Source: a virus (Duplodnaviria; Caudoviricetes). Taken from it: a DNA stretch of 64,000 nt. Below are positions 17,866 through 29,071 of the stretch, in pieces. Where the stretch lies: IMG/VR virus record IMGVR_UViG_3300005805_000060, positions 24,461 to 88,460 of that record, one strand, 5' to 3'. Below the pieces are notes generated by a model. The model had not been told where the DNA came from. It did no database searches and was given only the letters and a program-made list of their open reading frames with translations. Made by a program: the position numbers and the translations under genes. The first letter of the stretch is position 1. Every line of letters starts with the position of its first letter.

Positions 17866-18683
17866 GTCATGTTCCAGTATTGATGTTGTGTAGCAACCAC
17901 AAGATCTCGAGCTTTGCTCCGACCCAGGTCCTTGCGAGCACCTTTGAGATGATCTAGATAATTGCCCCAGGCTGTGTTGATCAAGGGATGCCCCTCGCCT
18001 TTTACAATGCCTGCACTCCAGTTCCATTGACGCCACGTGGGACAACGAGCGTGAATTTGGCTTCGTACTTGATCAAACACCCAACAATCATTCCATTCGG
18101 CCATGTCAAATATGGTACCTTGATCGTAGGCTGCTTGAAACTCTCGCACAAACTGCCGAGTGATTGTATCTCGTAAATTTAGAGCATAAAGTCCGCACTC
18201 AGTAAACTTGTGCTCACGCCCTAGAAAAGCCACCCCGGTGTCACTGGGTATCTGTTGCTCCACAAACTCCTGAGTGATAGCACTGTGACACACCATGTCA
18301 GCATCCATCCAGTACTGGCGATCTGCCATGGTGTTTTGAGCATGATAGCATACTGCATAAACTTTGTGACTGAATCGTATGGCGTCCCAACGAAATCCCA
18401 GCCCTGGTGCCTTGCCTTTACGATCCACAGGTTCAGTGGCCACTAGTCCGCGGGCACGAGGATCTGATCCCCATCGCTGTTTGAACTGTACCAGGGCCGG
18501 AATTTCACCGTGTAGGTCATGCACATGCAAATTGGGAGCCTGTTGAGTCACTGTGCAATCTTCTGCATACACATGTAGCTGTATGGTCTGTGGCCAGTTT
18601 TTGAGAAAAGTGTCTATCATGCGACTGGCGTACTTGGTATACCCGGCGCCATGAAAAGTGGTTACTACGTCGATTGAACTCAT
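17862..18683 (-). CDS. GT-A glycosyltransferase
   Basis: RFSHKVYA, YWMDAD (DxD), DHLKG. TAAATA lies 5 nt before the ATG. Confidence 0.75.
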   Translation of the reverse strand: MSSIDVVTTFHGAGYTKYASRMIDTFLKNWPQTIQLHVYAEDCTVTQQAPNLHVHDLHGEIPALVQFKQRWGSDPRARGLVATEPVDRKGKAPGLGFRWDAIRFSHKVYAVCYHAQNTMADRQYWMDADMVCHSAITQEFVEQQIPSDTGVAFLGREHKFTECGLYALNLRDTITRQFVREFQAAYDQGTIFDMAEWNDCWVFDQVRSQIHARCPTWRQWNWSAGIVKGEGHPLINTAWGNYLDHLKGARKDLGRSKARDLVVATQHQYWNMT

Positions 18684-18698
18684 AACTATATTTACTTT

Positions 18699-19544
18699 AT
18701 GCGTTTTGGTCTATTTGATAAACAAGCAGCCGGAAACAGTGGCCCAGTCTGGCAGGCCATTAGACAGGGACTAGATCAGCTGGGGATGGCCCATGCCAGC
18801 CAAGATCTTGATGCCGATGTAGCTGTGATTTGGAGTGTGCTCTGGGCCGGGAGAATGCGAGCCAATCTTGATGTGTGGTCTCGATTTCGTCAAAGTAGAC
18901 GACCGGTCATAGTGGCCGAAGTGGGAGCACTTGATCGAGGGCGTACCTGGAAACTGGGCATCAACGGCACCGGTACTGATGCAATCTGGGGACAAGGTAT
19001 TGATCCCAACCGATCTAGACAACTGGGCATAGAGACAGCGGACTGGAGACACCAAGGGCGTGACATTGTGATTTGTTTGCAGAGATCAGACAGCTATCAG
19101 TGGCACAATCAACCGCCTGTGCATCAGTGGTTGGATCAAACCATACACCGTGTGCGCGAACACAGCACTAGACCCATTGTTGTGAGGTGTCATCCTCGAC
19201 AACGGGTCAAGCTACCACGCGATGTGGCTGAAAGCGTGTGTCATCCTGTAGCCAATACCTATGACGGATTTGACTTTGATCAGATTCTTCTCAACGCCTG
19301 GGCTGTGATCAACTGGAATTCAGGGCCAGGTGTACAGGCTGTGTTACAGGGAGTTCCTGCGTTCGTAGGCAGCAGCAGTCTAGCAGCACCCGTGGCCAAT
19401 CTAGATCTTGCCCAGATAGAAACCCCAGCAAGACCTGACCGATCTCAGTGGTTGATAGACCTATGTCACACCGAGTGGACTTGCTCTGAAATTGCCACGG
19501 GCTACCCCCTGCAAAGGTTGATTAGATCATTTGAGTCGATCTAG
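18699..19544 (+). CDS. Capsule-synthesis (KpsC/KpsS-like) GT-B glycosyltransferase
   Basis: LQRSDS, VVRCHP, INWNSGPGVQAVLQGVP. Confidence 0.6.
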   Translation: MRFGLFDKQAAGNSGPVWQAIRQGLDQLGMAHASQDLDADVAVIWSVLWAGRMRANLDVWSRFRQSRRPVIVAEVGALDRGRTWKLGINGTGTDAIWGQGIDPNRSRQLGIETADWRHQGRDIVICLQRSDSYQWHNQPPVHQWLDQTIHRVREHSTRPIVVRCHPRQRVKLPRDVAESVCHPVANTYDGFDFDQILLNAWAVINWNSGPGVQAVLQGVPAFVGSSSLAAPVANLDLAQIETPARPDRSQWLIDLCHTEWTCSEIATGYPLQRLIRSFESI

Positions 19545-20495
19545 ATCAGCATCTACCATGTCGCAAATCATCTGTTCAAATGTCACGCGAGGTTCCCAGC
19601 CCAGTACAGTTCGAGCACGGCTGTAGTCACCACAAAGACTGTGCAGTTCTGCTGGGCGCTTGAATCTGGGATCTGATGTCACATACTGACTCCAGTGCGG
19701 TAAGCCCACGTGTCGGAACGCCACATCTAGCAGTTCGCGGATGCTGTGCTGTGTGCCTGTGGCTATCACGAAGTCGTCGGCCTGAGGTTGTTGCAGCATC
19801 ATCCACATGGCTTCTACAAAGTCACCGGCAAATCCCCAGTCTCGGCTAGATTCAAGATTGCCCAGACTGAGGCCGTTGGCCAGGCCCAGTTTGATACGAG
19901 CCACTGCATCGGTGATCTTGCGAGTGACAAATTCTCGACCGCGCAAGGGACTTTCGTGATTGAACAAGATGCCCGAGCAGGCATAGAGTCCATAGCTCTC
20001 ACGGAAGTTGCGAGTCATCCAGTGGCTGTAGAGTTTGCTTACACCGTATGGGCTACGCGGATGAAACGGGGTCAATTCATTCTGTTGTCCACCGGTGCTG
20101 TTGCCAAACATCTCGGAAGTGGATGCCTGATAGAAGCGCGACTCAGCCGAGTGCTGGCGTATGGCATTGAGTATGTTGAGTGGGCCCATGCAGTTCACTT
20201 CGGTAGTGAGCTTGTTGAGATCCCAGCTGATGCCCACGAAGCTCTGCGCGGCCAGGTTATATACTTCGTTCGGACGAAGACTGCGCATGAGATGATTCAT
20301 GCAGCCATCATCGGTTATGTCTCCGGTGATCAGTTCTACATCATGTTCAATCCCCAACCATTCTAGATTGCCTAGATTGGGGTTGCTGTAACGTTTGACC
20401 AGACCATAAACACGATAATCTTTTTCCAAGAGAAACCGAGCAAGATAAGGTGCATCTTGCCCGGTCATGCCTGTAACAAAAGCTGTGCGTTTCAT
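19527..20495 (-). CDS. gmd: GDP-mannose 4,6-dehydratase
   Basis: FVTGMTGQD, YNLAAQSFV, QASTSEMFG, SPYGVSK (YxxxK), LFNHESPLRG, RDWG. Confidence 0.95.
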   Translation of the reverse strand: MKRTAFVTGMTGQDAPYLARFLLEKDYRVYGLVKRYSNPNLGNLEWLGIEHDVELITGDITDDGCMNHLMRSLRPNEVYNLAAQSFVGISWDLNKLTTEVNCMGPLNILNAIRQHSAESRFYQASTSEMFGNSTGGQQNELTPFHPRSPYGVSKLYSHWMTRNFRESYGLYACSGILFNHESPLRGREFVTRKITDAVARIKLGLANGLSLGNLESSRDWGFAGDFVEAMWMMLQQPQADDFVIATGTQHSIRELLDVAFRHVGLPHWSQYVTSDPRFKRPAELHSLCGDYSRARTVLGWEPRVTFEQMICDMVDADLDRLK

Positions 20496-20528
20496 AACAT
20501 CTCCTCAGAAGTATGTATGCTGTATCTG

Positions 20529-20981
20529 TTAGAGATTGTAATCTTCCATGCCAGCCACTTTGAGGCGTATGAGATGCCCCATCATGAAGTTTTTGCTTTC
20601 CAGTGCTTTCATGATACCCAACCAGCGATTTCGCAACAAAGCCACTTCATTTATAATGGTTTCGTGATCCACTACCTCATCCTCTCCATCCACATACTTC
20701 TCAGCATCCCTACTGCTGAGCATGCGTGCATATCCTTCCAGATACTTCTTGAAGTGTCGGCGGCGTATCTTTCTCAGCTGGATATTGAGATAATTGAGCA
20801 CCGCTTCAATCTCTTGTAGCTGATTGAAGCGCCGCTCGGTCACCCCCGGCAGTTCCTTGATATTGGTCTCTACATGCCCCGAGATACGACATTCGGTCTT
20901 GGCATGTTCTAGTTCGACTTCGTAGTGGGAGATGAAGTCGGGAATTGCGCCCAGATCAGCTACCACACGGCTATACCACAT
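20529..20981 (-). CDS. uvsY: Recombination mediator UvsY-like
   Basis: Coiled-coil 150-aa protein with KKYLEGY...RDAEKYVDGE, located downstream of uvsX. Confidence 0.75.
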   Translation of the reverse strand: MWYSRVVADLGAIPDFISHYEVELEHAKTECRISGHVETNIKELPGVTERRFNQLQEIEAVLNYLNIQLRKIRRRHFKKYLEGYARMLSSRDAEKYVDGEDEVVDHETIINEVALLRNRWLGIMKALESKNFMMGHLIRLKVAGMEDYNL

Positions 20982-20983
20982 GG

Positions 20984-21238
20984 TCAGTTCCAGTCTGAAT
21001 CAGAATCGTCCTCTTCAACATATTCTTCATCGTCGTCATCCCCGCGATCGTTATCAAGGTAACCTTGCAAGGCTCGTTTTAGATCTGCATCACCGGCAAA
21101 GGCTGATAACATAATATCAGGATCTGAATCATGATCGATCATGACTGCCACCACTGTCTCGGCAGCGTCAGCTCTGTCTGTGGGATTGACGTAGCGTTTG
21201 ATCTCTCGCCAGATGTCAGCAACTGTGTGTTCGGTCAT
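20984..21238 (-). CDS. Small acidic hypothetical protein
   Basis: 84 aa, between uvsX and uvsY. Confidence 0.7.
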   Translation of the reverse strand: MTEHTVADIWREIKRYVNPTDRADAAETVVAVMIDHDSDPDIMLSAFAGDADLKRALQGYLDNDRGDDDDEEYVEEDDSDSDWN

Positions 21239-22299
21239 TCATTTTCCTCTTCAAACTGAGTATCCGTACTTACCTCAGACTTGATATTTTGGAAGTCGGC
21301 CATGAGGCGGTCCAGGCAACCTTCTTCGTTGGCTTCCCAGGCTCTGCGGAACTGTTTGATCTGTGATCCGTCGCTGCCCGTAAACAGCAGTCGGTTGCCG
21401 TCCTTTTTCAGTAGGCCCTTCTTCTCTGCCATGTCCACTAGGCCCGAGTAGGGGTTCATACCAGTCTCATAGGGAATCTTGACCTGTACGCTTTCAAAAG
21501 GCTTGGCATAGCGTGTTTTCATGACCTTACAGGCAGCGCGGATACCCATGACATCAGAGATCTTGTTACCATTTTCATCTTCTTTGAGTTTGAGTTTTTT
21601 CATGGCTACCACAATACTGGATGCATAGATGAAGCCTTGACCGCCTGAAATTTTGTCGTCGGGATCAAACATGTCCTGGCTGGCATAGGTATGATTGGTA
21701 CAGACCATGCCCACGTTGTAGCTGCCAAACATGTTTACACAATTGCGCACTAGGGCAGTGAGGGCCTTGGGTTTGCGGCCCAGGTCACCTTTCATGTCCC
21801 CGGCTTCAAACTGGTTGATATCAGTGGGTGTGAGCAACATGCCCAAGCTGTCGATCACGAACAAGACCTTGGGGCGCTCGCCGTCGGCCAAGGTCTTGTA
21901 GTCGGACATAAAGGTAGAAATGGTCTTGGCCACATCGTCGATCATGGCCATGCTGAGCTTGAGCAGCTTGTTTTCGCTGGTGTCCACACCCAGTGCAGTC
22001 AACCAGGCTTCGTCCAGGGCGTTCTCAGAATCAACCAGCACAACAAAGATGCCCTGTTCCTGGGCGTTTTTGATGATGTTGCCTGAACAAAAGTAGCTCT
22101 TGCCCGCACCCGACTCACCGGCAAACACAGTGACCTTGCCCAGGGGCACTCCACGATGGAAGTCGCCTGAGATCAAGTAGTTCAGGGTGTAGTTGCCAGT
22201 TGAGATCCAGTCTGTGGGATCGTTGAAACCGATGCTTAGTCCATCGATTGATTTGGTAATTTCTTTTCTAAACCGAGAAACATCAAAAGGTTTGGCCAT
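21235..22299 (-). CDS. uvsX: RecA-like recombinase UvsX
   Basis: ISTG, FAGESGAGKS (Walker A), VDSENALD, VIDSLG, TNH, SGG, KTRY. Confidence 0.93.
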   Translation of the reverse strand: MAKPFDVSRFRKEITKSIDGLSIGFNDPTDWISTGNYTLNYLISGDFHRGVPLGKVTVFAGESGAGKSYFCSGNIIKNAQEQGIFVVLVDSENALDEAWLTALGVDTSENKLLKLSMAMIDDVAKTISTFMSDYKTLADGERPKVLFVIDSLGMLLTPTDINQFEAGDMKGDLGRKPKALTALVRNCVNMFGSYNVGMVCTNHTYASQDMFDPDDKISGGQGFIYASSIVVAMKKLKLKEDENGNKISDVMGIRAACKVMKTRYAKPFESVQVKIPYETGMNPYSGLVDMAEKKGLLKKDGNRLLFTGSDGSQIKQFRRAWEANEEGCLDRLMADFQNIKSEVSTDTQFEEENE

Positions 22300-22309
22300 A
22301 ATTTTTCCT

Positions 22310-23215
22310 CTACTGAATTAGAAGTTGCACTGCGTTACCTGCTTTAGAATTATTGTATAGCATGGTTCTATAATACTTGAGATTTGCTTCAAGATCTACG
22401 ATATTGGCAATGGGCAATTGAGTGGTCACTGGCCTGATCTGCTTGTCCTCACACCACTGCAAAAATTCTTTGCTGAATTCTATGGTCTGAGGCCGATCCA
22501 GATTGAGCTGGAAAGCAAACTCCAACTGTTCATAGTTATAGTGATCCTCACAGTCAAGGTTGGTATCCCAATGCTGCCACTTGTTGTAATACTGTCGCCC
22601 CACGTAGGTATATGAAAACCCCAAGTTGACTCGGCTGTTGTTGCTGTGCATCTCGTCCAGGAAAGGATTATCAATCACTTGCCATTTTAGATCAGATTTG
22701 AATTCTGTGTCGTCGCGGAAAGTTCCTTCCAGGCGGTGGATACCCATGTTCACTTCCTCATAAGGGAAGATGTATCCTATCTTGATCATGGCCTCGGCCA
22801 GTGGTATGACACGTATGTCATCGGGATAGAGATCATGCAGTTTCCACCCCAGCTGTGAGATCGCGTGATCTGTGCAAAATCGAAGTTGATCTATAGAAAC
22901 TGCGCGTTTCTGCGACAACACCCAGTTGGCATGCATGCTGTTTAGTTTTTTTTGATCGAGATACTCCAGCAAGTCGTTGCATTGATCAAACCTTACACCA
23001 CAGAGGTTGTACATCACAGAATTCGTTGTGCAAAGAGAATTGTGTAATTGGCTTGTCAACCTATCCACAGAGGATGCCACACGACCGTGATCGCTGAATC
23101 GATTGGTCTGCAAATGATTGGCCTGTTGAACAAAGTATTCAATCAGCTGATGATTATAAACGACCTCAAAATCTATCGAGTCGTTTGAATTTTGCCAGGT
23201 CAGAGTTAGTTTCAT
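22310..23215 (-). CDS. Hypothetical protein, paralog of 8088..8960
   Basis: DQKKLNSMH, NMGIHRLE, YTYVGRQY. Confidence 0.65.
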   Translation of the reverse strand: MKLTLTWQNSNDSIDFEVVYNHQLIEYFVQQANHLQTNRFSDHGRVASSVDRLTSQLHNSLCTTNSVMYNLCGVRFDQCNDLLEYLDQKKLNSMHANWVLSQKRAVSIDQLRFCTDHAISQLGWKLHDLYPDDIRVIPLAEAMIKIGYIFPYEEVNMGIHRLEGTFRDDTEFKSDLKWQVIDNPFLDEMHSNNSRVNLGFSYTYVGRQYYNKWQHWDTNLDCEDHYNYEQLEFAFQLNLDRPQTIEFSKEFLQWCEDKQIRPVTTQLPIANIVDLEANLKYYRTMLYNNSKAGNAVQLLIQ

Positions 23216-23261
23216 GATAAGTGGGGACGGGCTAAATCAACCCGCCCCCGACCATACTTGA

Positions 23262-24260
23262 TTACTGCTTCTGCTGCCGTGACCGAATCATGGCCAGGAT
23301 GTCCTGAGCGCTTTGACCACCAGTCGAGGCGGGTTTTTTCACAGGCTCGGCAGCAATCACAGGCTCATCGACATCAAGAACCGCATCCTCTACGTCGGGA
23401 CTGGATGCTGCCTTGGATTTGATCATGGCAGGCTCGATAGTTCCAGAGTCTTGATCACTTCCGGAACTACCGGGAGCTGCTACACCAGCCGGACGATAAT
23501 ACTGACCCCAACGTTCAGTGTCGTAGGGCTTGCCGTCTACACTGGCTTCGAACATCTCCTTGATCACTCGCAATTCCACTTCAGTGGGCTTCTTGGGAAG
23601 GAATGTGCTGAGATCAAACAAACCATGCTTTTCAATGGCCGCTTGCTCCTCGGCTGTGAGAGCAGATTCCTTGCGGCTCCACTTGCTGGTGTTGTAGTCA
23701 GCGAATCCACCCTTCATGGTCTTGGCGATCGTGAAGTCCAGACCGCGCATGATATCAGTGGGCAGCTCTTCCAGCTCGGGATCCATCAGGGCGCCCTTGA
23801 TGATCTGGAAAATCTGTGGTCCAATGATAAAGCGTCGGATGGGATTTTCTGGAGTCTTGTCTTCGTTGAGAGGGTCTTTGCGTACAAAGCCCTGGAAGAT
23901 ATAGCTGCGTTTCTTCCAGTATTTGCGACCCATGTCTTCCAGATTCTTGTCCTTGAACCAGGTACGCACTTCTGCCAGGATCGGACAAGCATCGCCCCAC
24001 ATTTCCACGCAGGGCACTTGTACCATGACCTGTTTGCTTTCAGCTTCGCCCTTGACGCCTGCGAAGGGCAAACGAATCATGGCGCGTTCTGCCCAGAAAA
24101 ATGTGTTCTTGCTGTTGCCGTCGGGTAGAAAGCGCAATGTAGATGACTGGCCTTCTTCCATGTTCCAGTGTGCGTAGATTGAATTGTCGCCACCGGCACT
24201 GTTACCACCTTTTGTTTCTGCTGCCTGAAGTCTTGCTCGGATTTCTGCTAGGGATGCCAT
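23262..24260 (-). CDS. Single-stranded DNA-binding protein (T4 gp32-like)
   Basis: LRFLPDG, CVEMWGDACPI, YWKKRSY, GLDF, ADYNTSKW, and an acidic tail ending ILAMIRSRQ. AAGGAG SD. Confidence 0.88.
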   Translation of the reverse strand: MASLAEIRARLQAAETKGGNSAGGDNSIYAHWNMEEGQSSTLRFLPDGNSKNTFFWAERAMIRLPFAGVKGEAESKQVMVQVPCVEMWGDACPILAEVRTWFKDKNLEDMGRKYWKKRSYIFQGFVRKDPLNEDKTPENPIRRFIIGPQIFQIIKGALMDPELEELPTDIMRGLDFTIAKTMKGGFADYNTSKWSRKESALTAEEQAAIEKHGLFDLSTFLPKKPTEVELRVIKEMFEASVDGKPYDTERWGQYYRPAGVAAPGSSGSDQDSGTIEPAMIKSKAASSPDVEDAVLDVDEPVIAAEPVKKPASTGGQSAQDILAMIRSRQQKQ

Positions 24261-24280
24261 AGTTGTTTTCTCCTTTGAAA

Positions 24281-24327
24281 GTTGCCTATGTTTGTTGCCT
24301 ATCTAAACGGATTTAGACGTTGCCTGT
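24281..24327 (-). promoter_or_regulatory. gp32 mRNA leader with three AGGCAAC repeats and a hairpin
   Basis: GTTGCCT on the plus strand at 24281, 24294 and 24319, with hairpin TCTAAA-CGGA-TTTAGA at 24302-24317. Confidence 0.6.
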
Positions 24328-24357
24328 GACACAAAAACAAAGGCGCATCACTGTTAC

Positions 24358-24386
24358 AGTATATGCGCCTTGCGTTGCAGTGTCAA
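24358..24386 (-). promoter_or_regulatory. Sigma70-type promoter for gp32, overlapped by a dyad
   Basis: TTGACA-N17-TATACT. The dyad is AAGGCGCAT (24340-24348) / ATGCGCCTT (24363-24371). Confidence 0.75.
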
Positions 24387-24397
24387 TGTTATTTAGT

Positions 24398-26104
24398 CTA
24401 GTTTGACAAAGCCAGTCGTTTTATTTTTGCCAGATCTTCCATGAAGCTGTCTGTTACTGCGCCGCGGTGGTCCATGGCATCAGTTGAGTCCTCGTTGGGG
24501 GCTTCAAAAGTGGCCAGATTGTCACCTTCGGACATGTCATTGTCTTGCTGCGGAAACCATCGAGAAATATCAGGGTCAGAATCATCCACTGCTACCAACC
24601 GGTATGGAGCAATATACCAGCCGCGGCCGTCCTGGTCCTCAATTCGCACTCGACGGTCTTCGGGATCACCCCTCATCACAAATATCTCGCCACGGTCGCC
24701 ATCTTCCTTGTCGCGGACATATGCACCACTGTAAAGGTCTGATTCATCCTCGTTGTACTCGTCATCGTAATCATTTTCTGCCACCTGTTTGGTATCCTGC
24801 TGTCCTGGCGCCGGCTGTTGTGTGGAATCCAATGGCAAAATCTGTTCAGGTTGTTCAGGTTGTGCGGGTTGTGCGGGTTGTGCTGGCTGTTCAGACAAGT
24901 CAATACCCAATTCGCTAGCGCGACCTCGGATAACATCTCGGGCATCGGCATCGGGATCTCGGTCGGCCAATGCAGACAGGCGATCAAACAGTTCATCATC
25001 GCCAAACAGATCATAAAGTTGTTCAGTGGCGTTGGTGGCATCTGGACCCACGGGCAGTTCTTGACTCATGAGTTCTTCGAGTTTTTTCTTGTTTTCGGGC
25101 GTGTCCGGAATAGACCAAGTTCCCTCGGCCAAGTCATTGATCCAACTCTCAAAAATTTCAGCTTCTTTCATGTTGGTTCCTTGTATGCGAGCCAGGAGAG
25201 GAAGTGCTTCTTCGATTCGTTGATCTAGAGATTGCTCCACAAACAAGGTCTTGAGATCTTCTACCAGGGCATCACTCTGAGCCGATTCATCAGCAGTCCA
25301 GGTTTCAAAATAGGCATGATATCCTCGAGCATGAGCCAGTGCTCGCAGATTCTCTCGGAGATTTTGATAGTATACATCGGCACTATTGACCACTTCTTGA
25401 GTGATTCCCTCTAGAACACGACCTTGGCTGGCTCTGCGGAAACGACTCAGTAGCTTGGCTTCTTGTATTAGGTTGGCAATATGCGAACCTCGGATGTCAT
25501 AAGGACGACCACCTTGGCGCACATGTTCCAGCATAGCTCGGCCGCCTGCAAGACTCACGAAAGGCAAACGGAAACGTTCCTGATCCGCAGTTTCGATAAA
25601 CAAAGCCGCAACGTGCCGATGTCGAGCATCGCCTTCGCCTAGAGGTCGACTGTGTCGTATCATGAGTCGGGCTTCAGTGGGCTTGCCCATGTAACTGACC
25701 TGGCGTGTACCGTAATAACTTTCAAACAGTCCCTCTCGGATGGCTGCCATGCCTGCCATGGTGTGCCTGAGTTGATTGATGTTGCGTGGACTGAACGTAT
25801 GGAAATCGTGTCGTGTAGAGAACTGTTTAAGTTGTTGCAGGAATCTGAACCACTCGTCTTTGTCCTGTTCCTCCATGCCTTTACCAAGATTGTCACCAAA
25901 GAAAAGCATGAGTTCACGATCATCAGTTATCACAGCTACCGCGGTACCATAATTGGTACCTGAACTGCTGACCCAGTCAAAGCTCATGACTCGTGCCTCA
26001 GCAGGTTGACTGGGTTTGCCCTGTTGATCAGTAGTTTCGGGGTCAAACCCTCGGGTAACCAGGAGATCGTAAAGATTTTGCGGTATATTTTGTTCTTTGG
26101 CCAT
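24398..26104 (-). CDS. Probable internal head/virion protein
   Basis: 568 aa, acidic, with a QPA/QPE repeat and many [ILVM]xE motifs. Ends LAKIKRLA. TAAATA lies 7 nt before the ATG. Confidence 0.5.
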   Translation of the reverse strand: MAKEQNIPQNLYDLLVTRGFDPETTDQQGKPSQPAEARVMSFDWVSSSGTNYGTAVAVITDDRELMLFFGDNLGKGMEEQDKDEWFRFLQQLKQFSTRHDFHTFSPRNINQLRHTMAGMAAIREGLFESYYGTRQVSYMGKPTEARLMIRHSRPLGEGDARHRHVAALFIETADQERFRLPFVSLAGGRAMLEHVRQGGRPYDIRGSHIANLIQEAKLLSRFRRASQGRVLEGITQEVVNSADVYYQNLRENLRALAHARGYHAYFETWTADESAQSDALVEDLKTLFVEQSLDQRIEEALPLLARIQGTNMKEAEIFESWINDLAEGTWSIPDTPENKKKLEELMSQELPVGPDATNATEQLYDLFGDDELFDRLSALADRDPDADARDVIRGRASELGIDLSEQPAQPAQPAQPEQPEQILPLDSTQQPAPGQQDTKQVAENDYDDEYNEDESDLYSGAYVRDKEDGDRGEIFVMRGDPEDRRVRIEDQDGRGWYIAPYRLVAVDDSDPDISRWFPQQDNDMSEGDNLATFEAPNEDSTDAMDHRGAVTDSFMEDLAKIKRLALSN

Positions 26105-26114
26105 AGTTTTCTAT

Positions 26115-28542
<2,428 letters not shown>

Positions 28543-29071
28543 ATAGAGCAAGGATATACTCATACCCCGGCCTGTGGTCTCTGTTGTGGTCTGGCTCACT
28601 ATGCGGCTACCGTTATCAAATTCCAGGCTGCCCTTGTTGTAACTGGTGGCGCCGGCCCGGATATGATCGGGACAAAACTCATAGGCATAGCGTATGCGTT
28701 GCATGATTTCTTGGGCACCGGTATACTTGTGCGCGGCGATCAAGATGGTGCTGTCAGGCACAAACATGGCATACCAGAGCAGGTAACCTGCAGCTGATGT
28801 TGACTTACCACTCTGTCTGGGCATGAGACTGATGCTGTAGCGATAGCCGTGATAGGTATTGATCAGACGTTTTTGGTATTCATATGGGTGATACAGCATG
28901 CGGCCACGTGTGGGATGCTGTATCATGAAAAAATTGTCCATGAAGTACATGGGACCTGTCACGGGGTCCGCACACTTTATGAACTCCTCTACCTCTTGAT
29001 CAGTGAAGTGTTCTCGTCGATGCGGACTTTTGACTAGAGCTGTTTCTAATTGATTGCGGACCATGCAGTAT

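Noticed and set aside
23222-23250. GC-rich hairpin after gp32
   Set aside because: Bulged stem without a U-tract. Possible but too weak to call.
23313-24128. 271-aa plus-strand ORF opposite gp32, and similar shadow ORFs throughout the track
   Set aside because: Fully overlaps a well-supported gene on the other strand and has unnatural composition.
24845-24895. 9-bp tandem repeat as a phase-variation element
   Set aside because: The unit is a multiple of three and encodes a QPA/QPE linker, so slippage changes only linker length.
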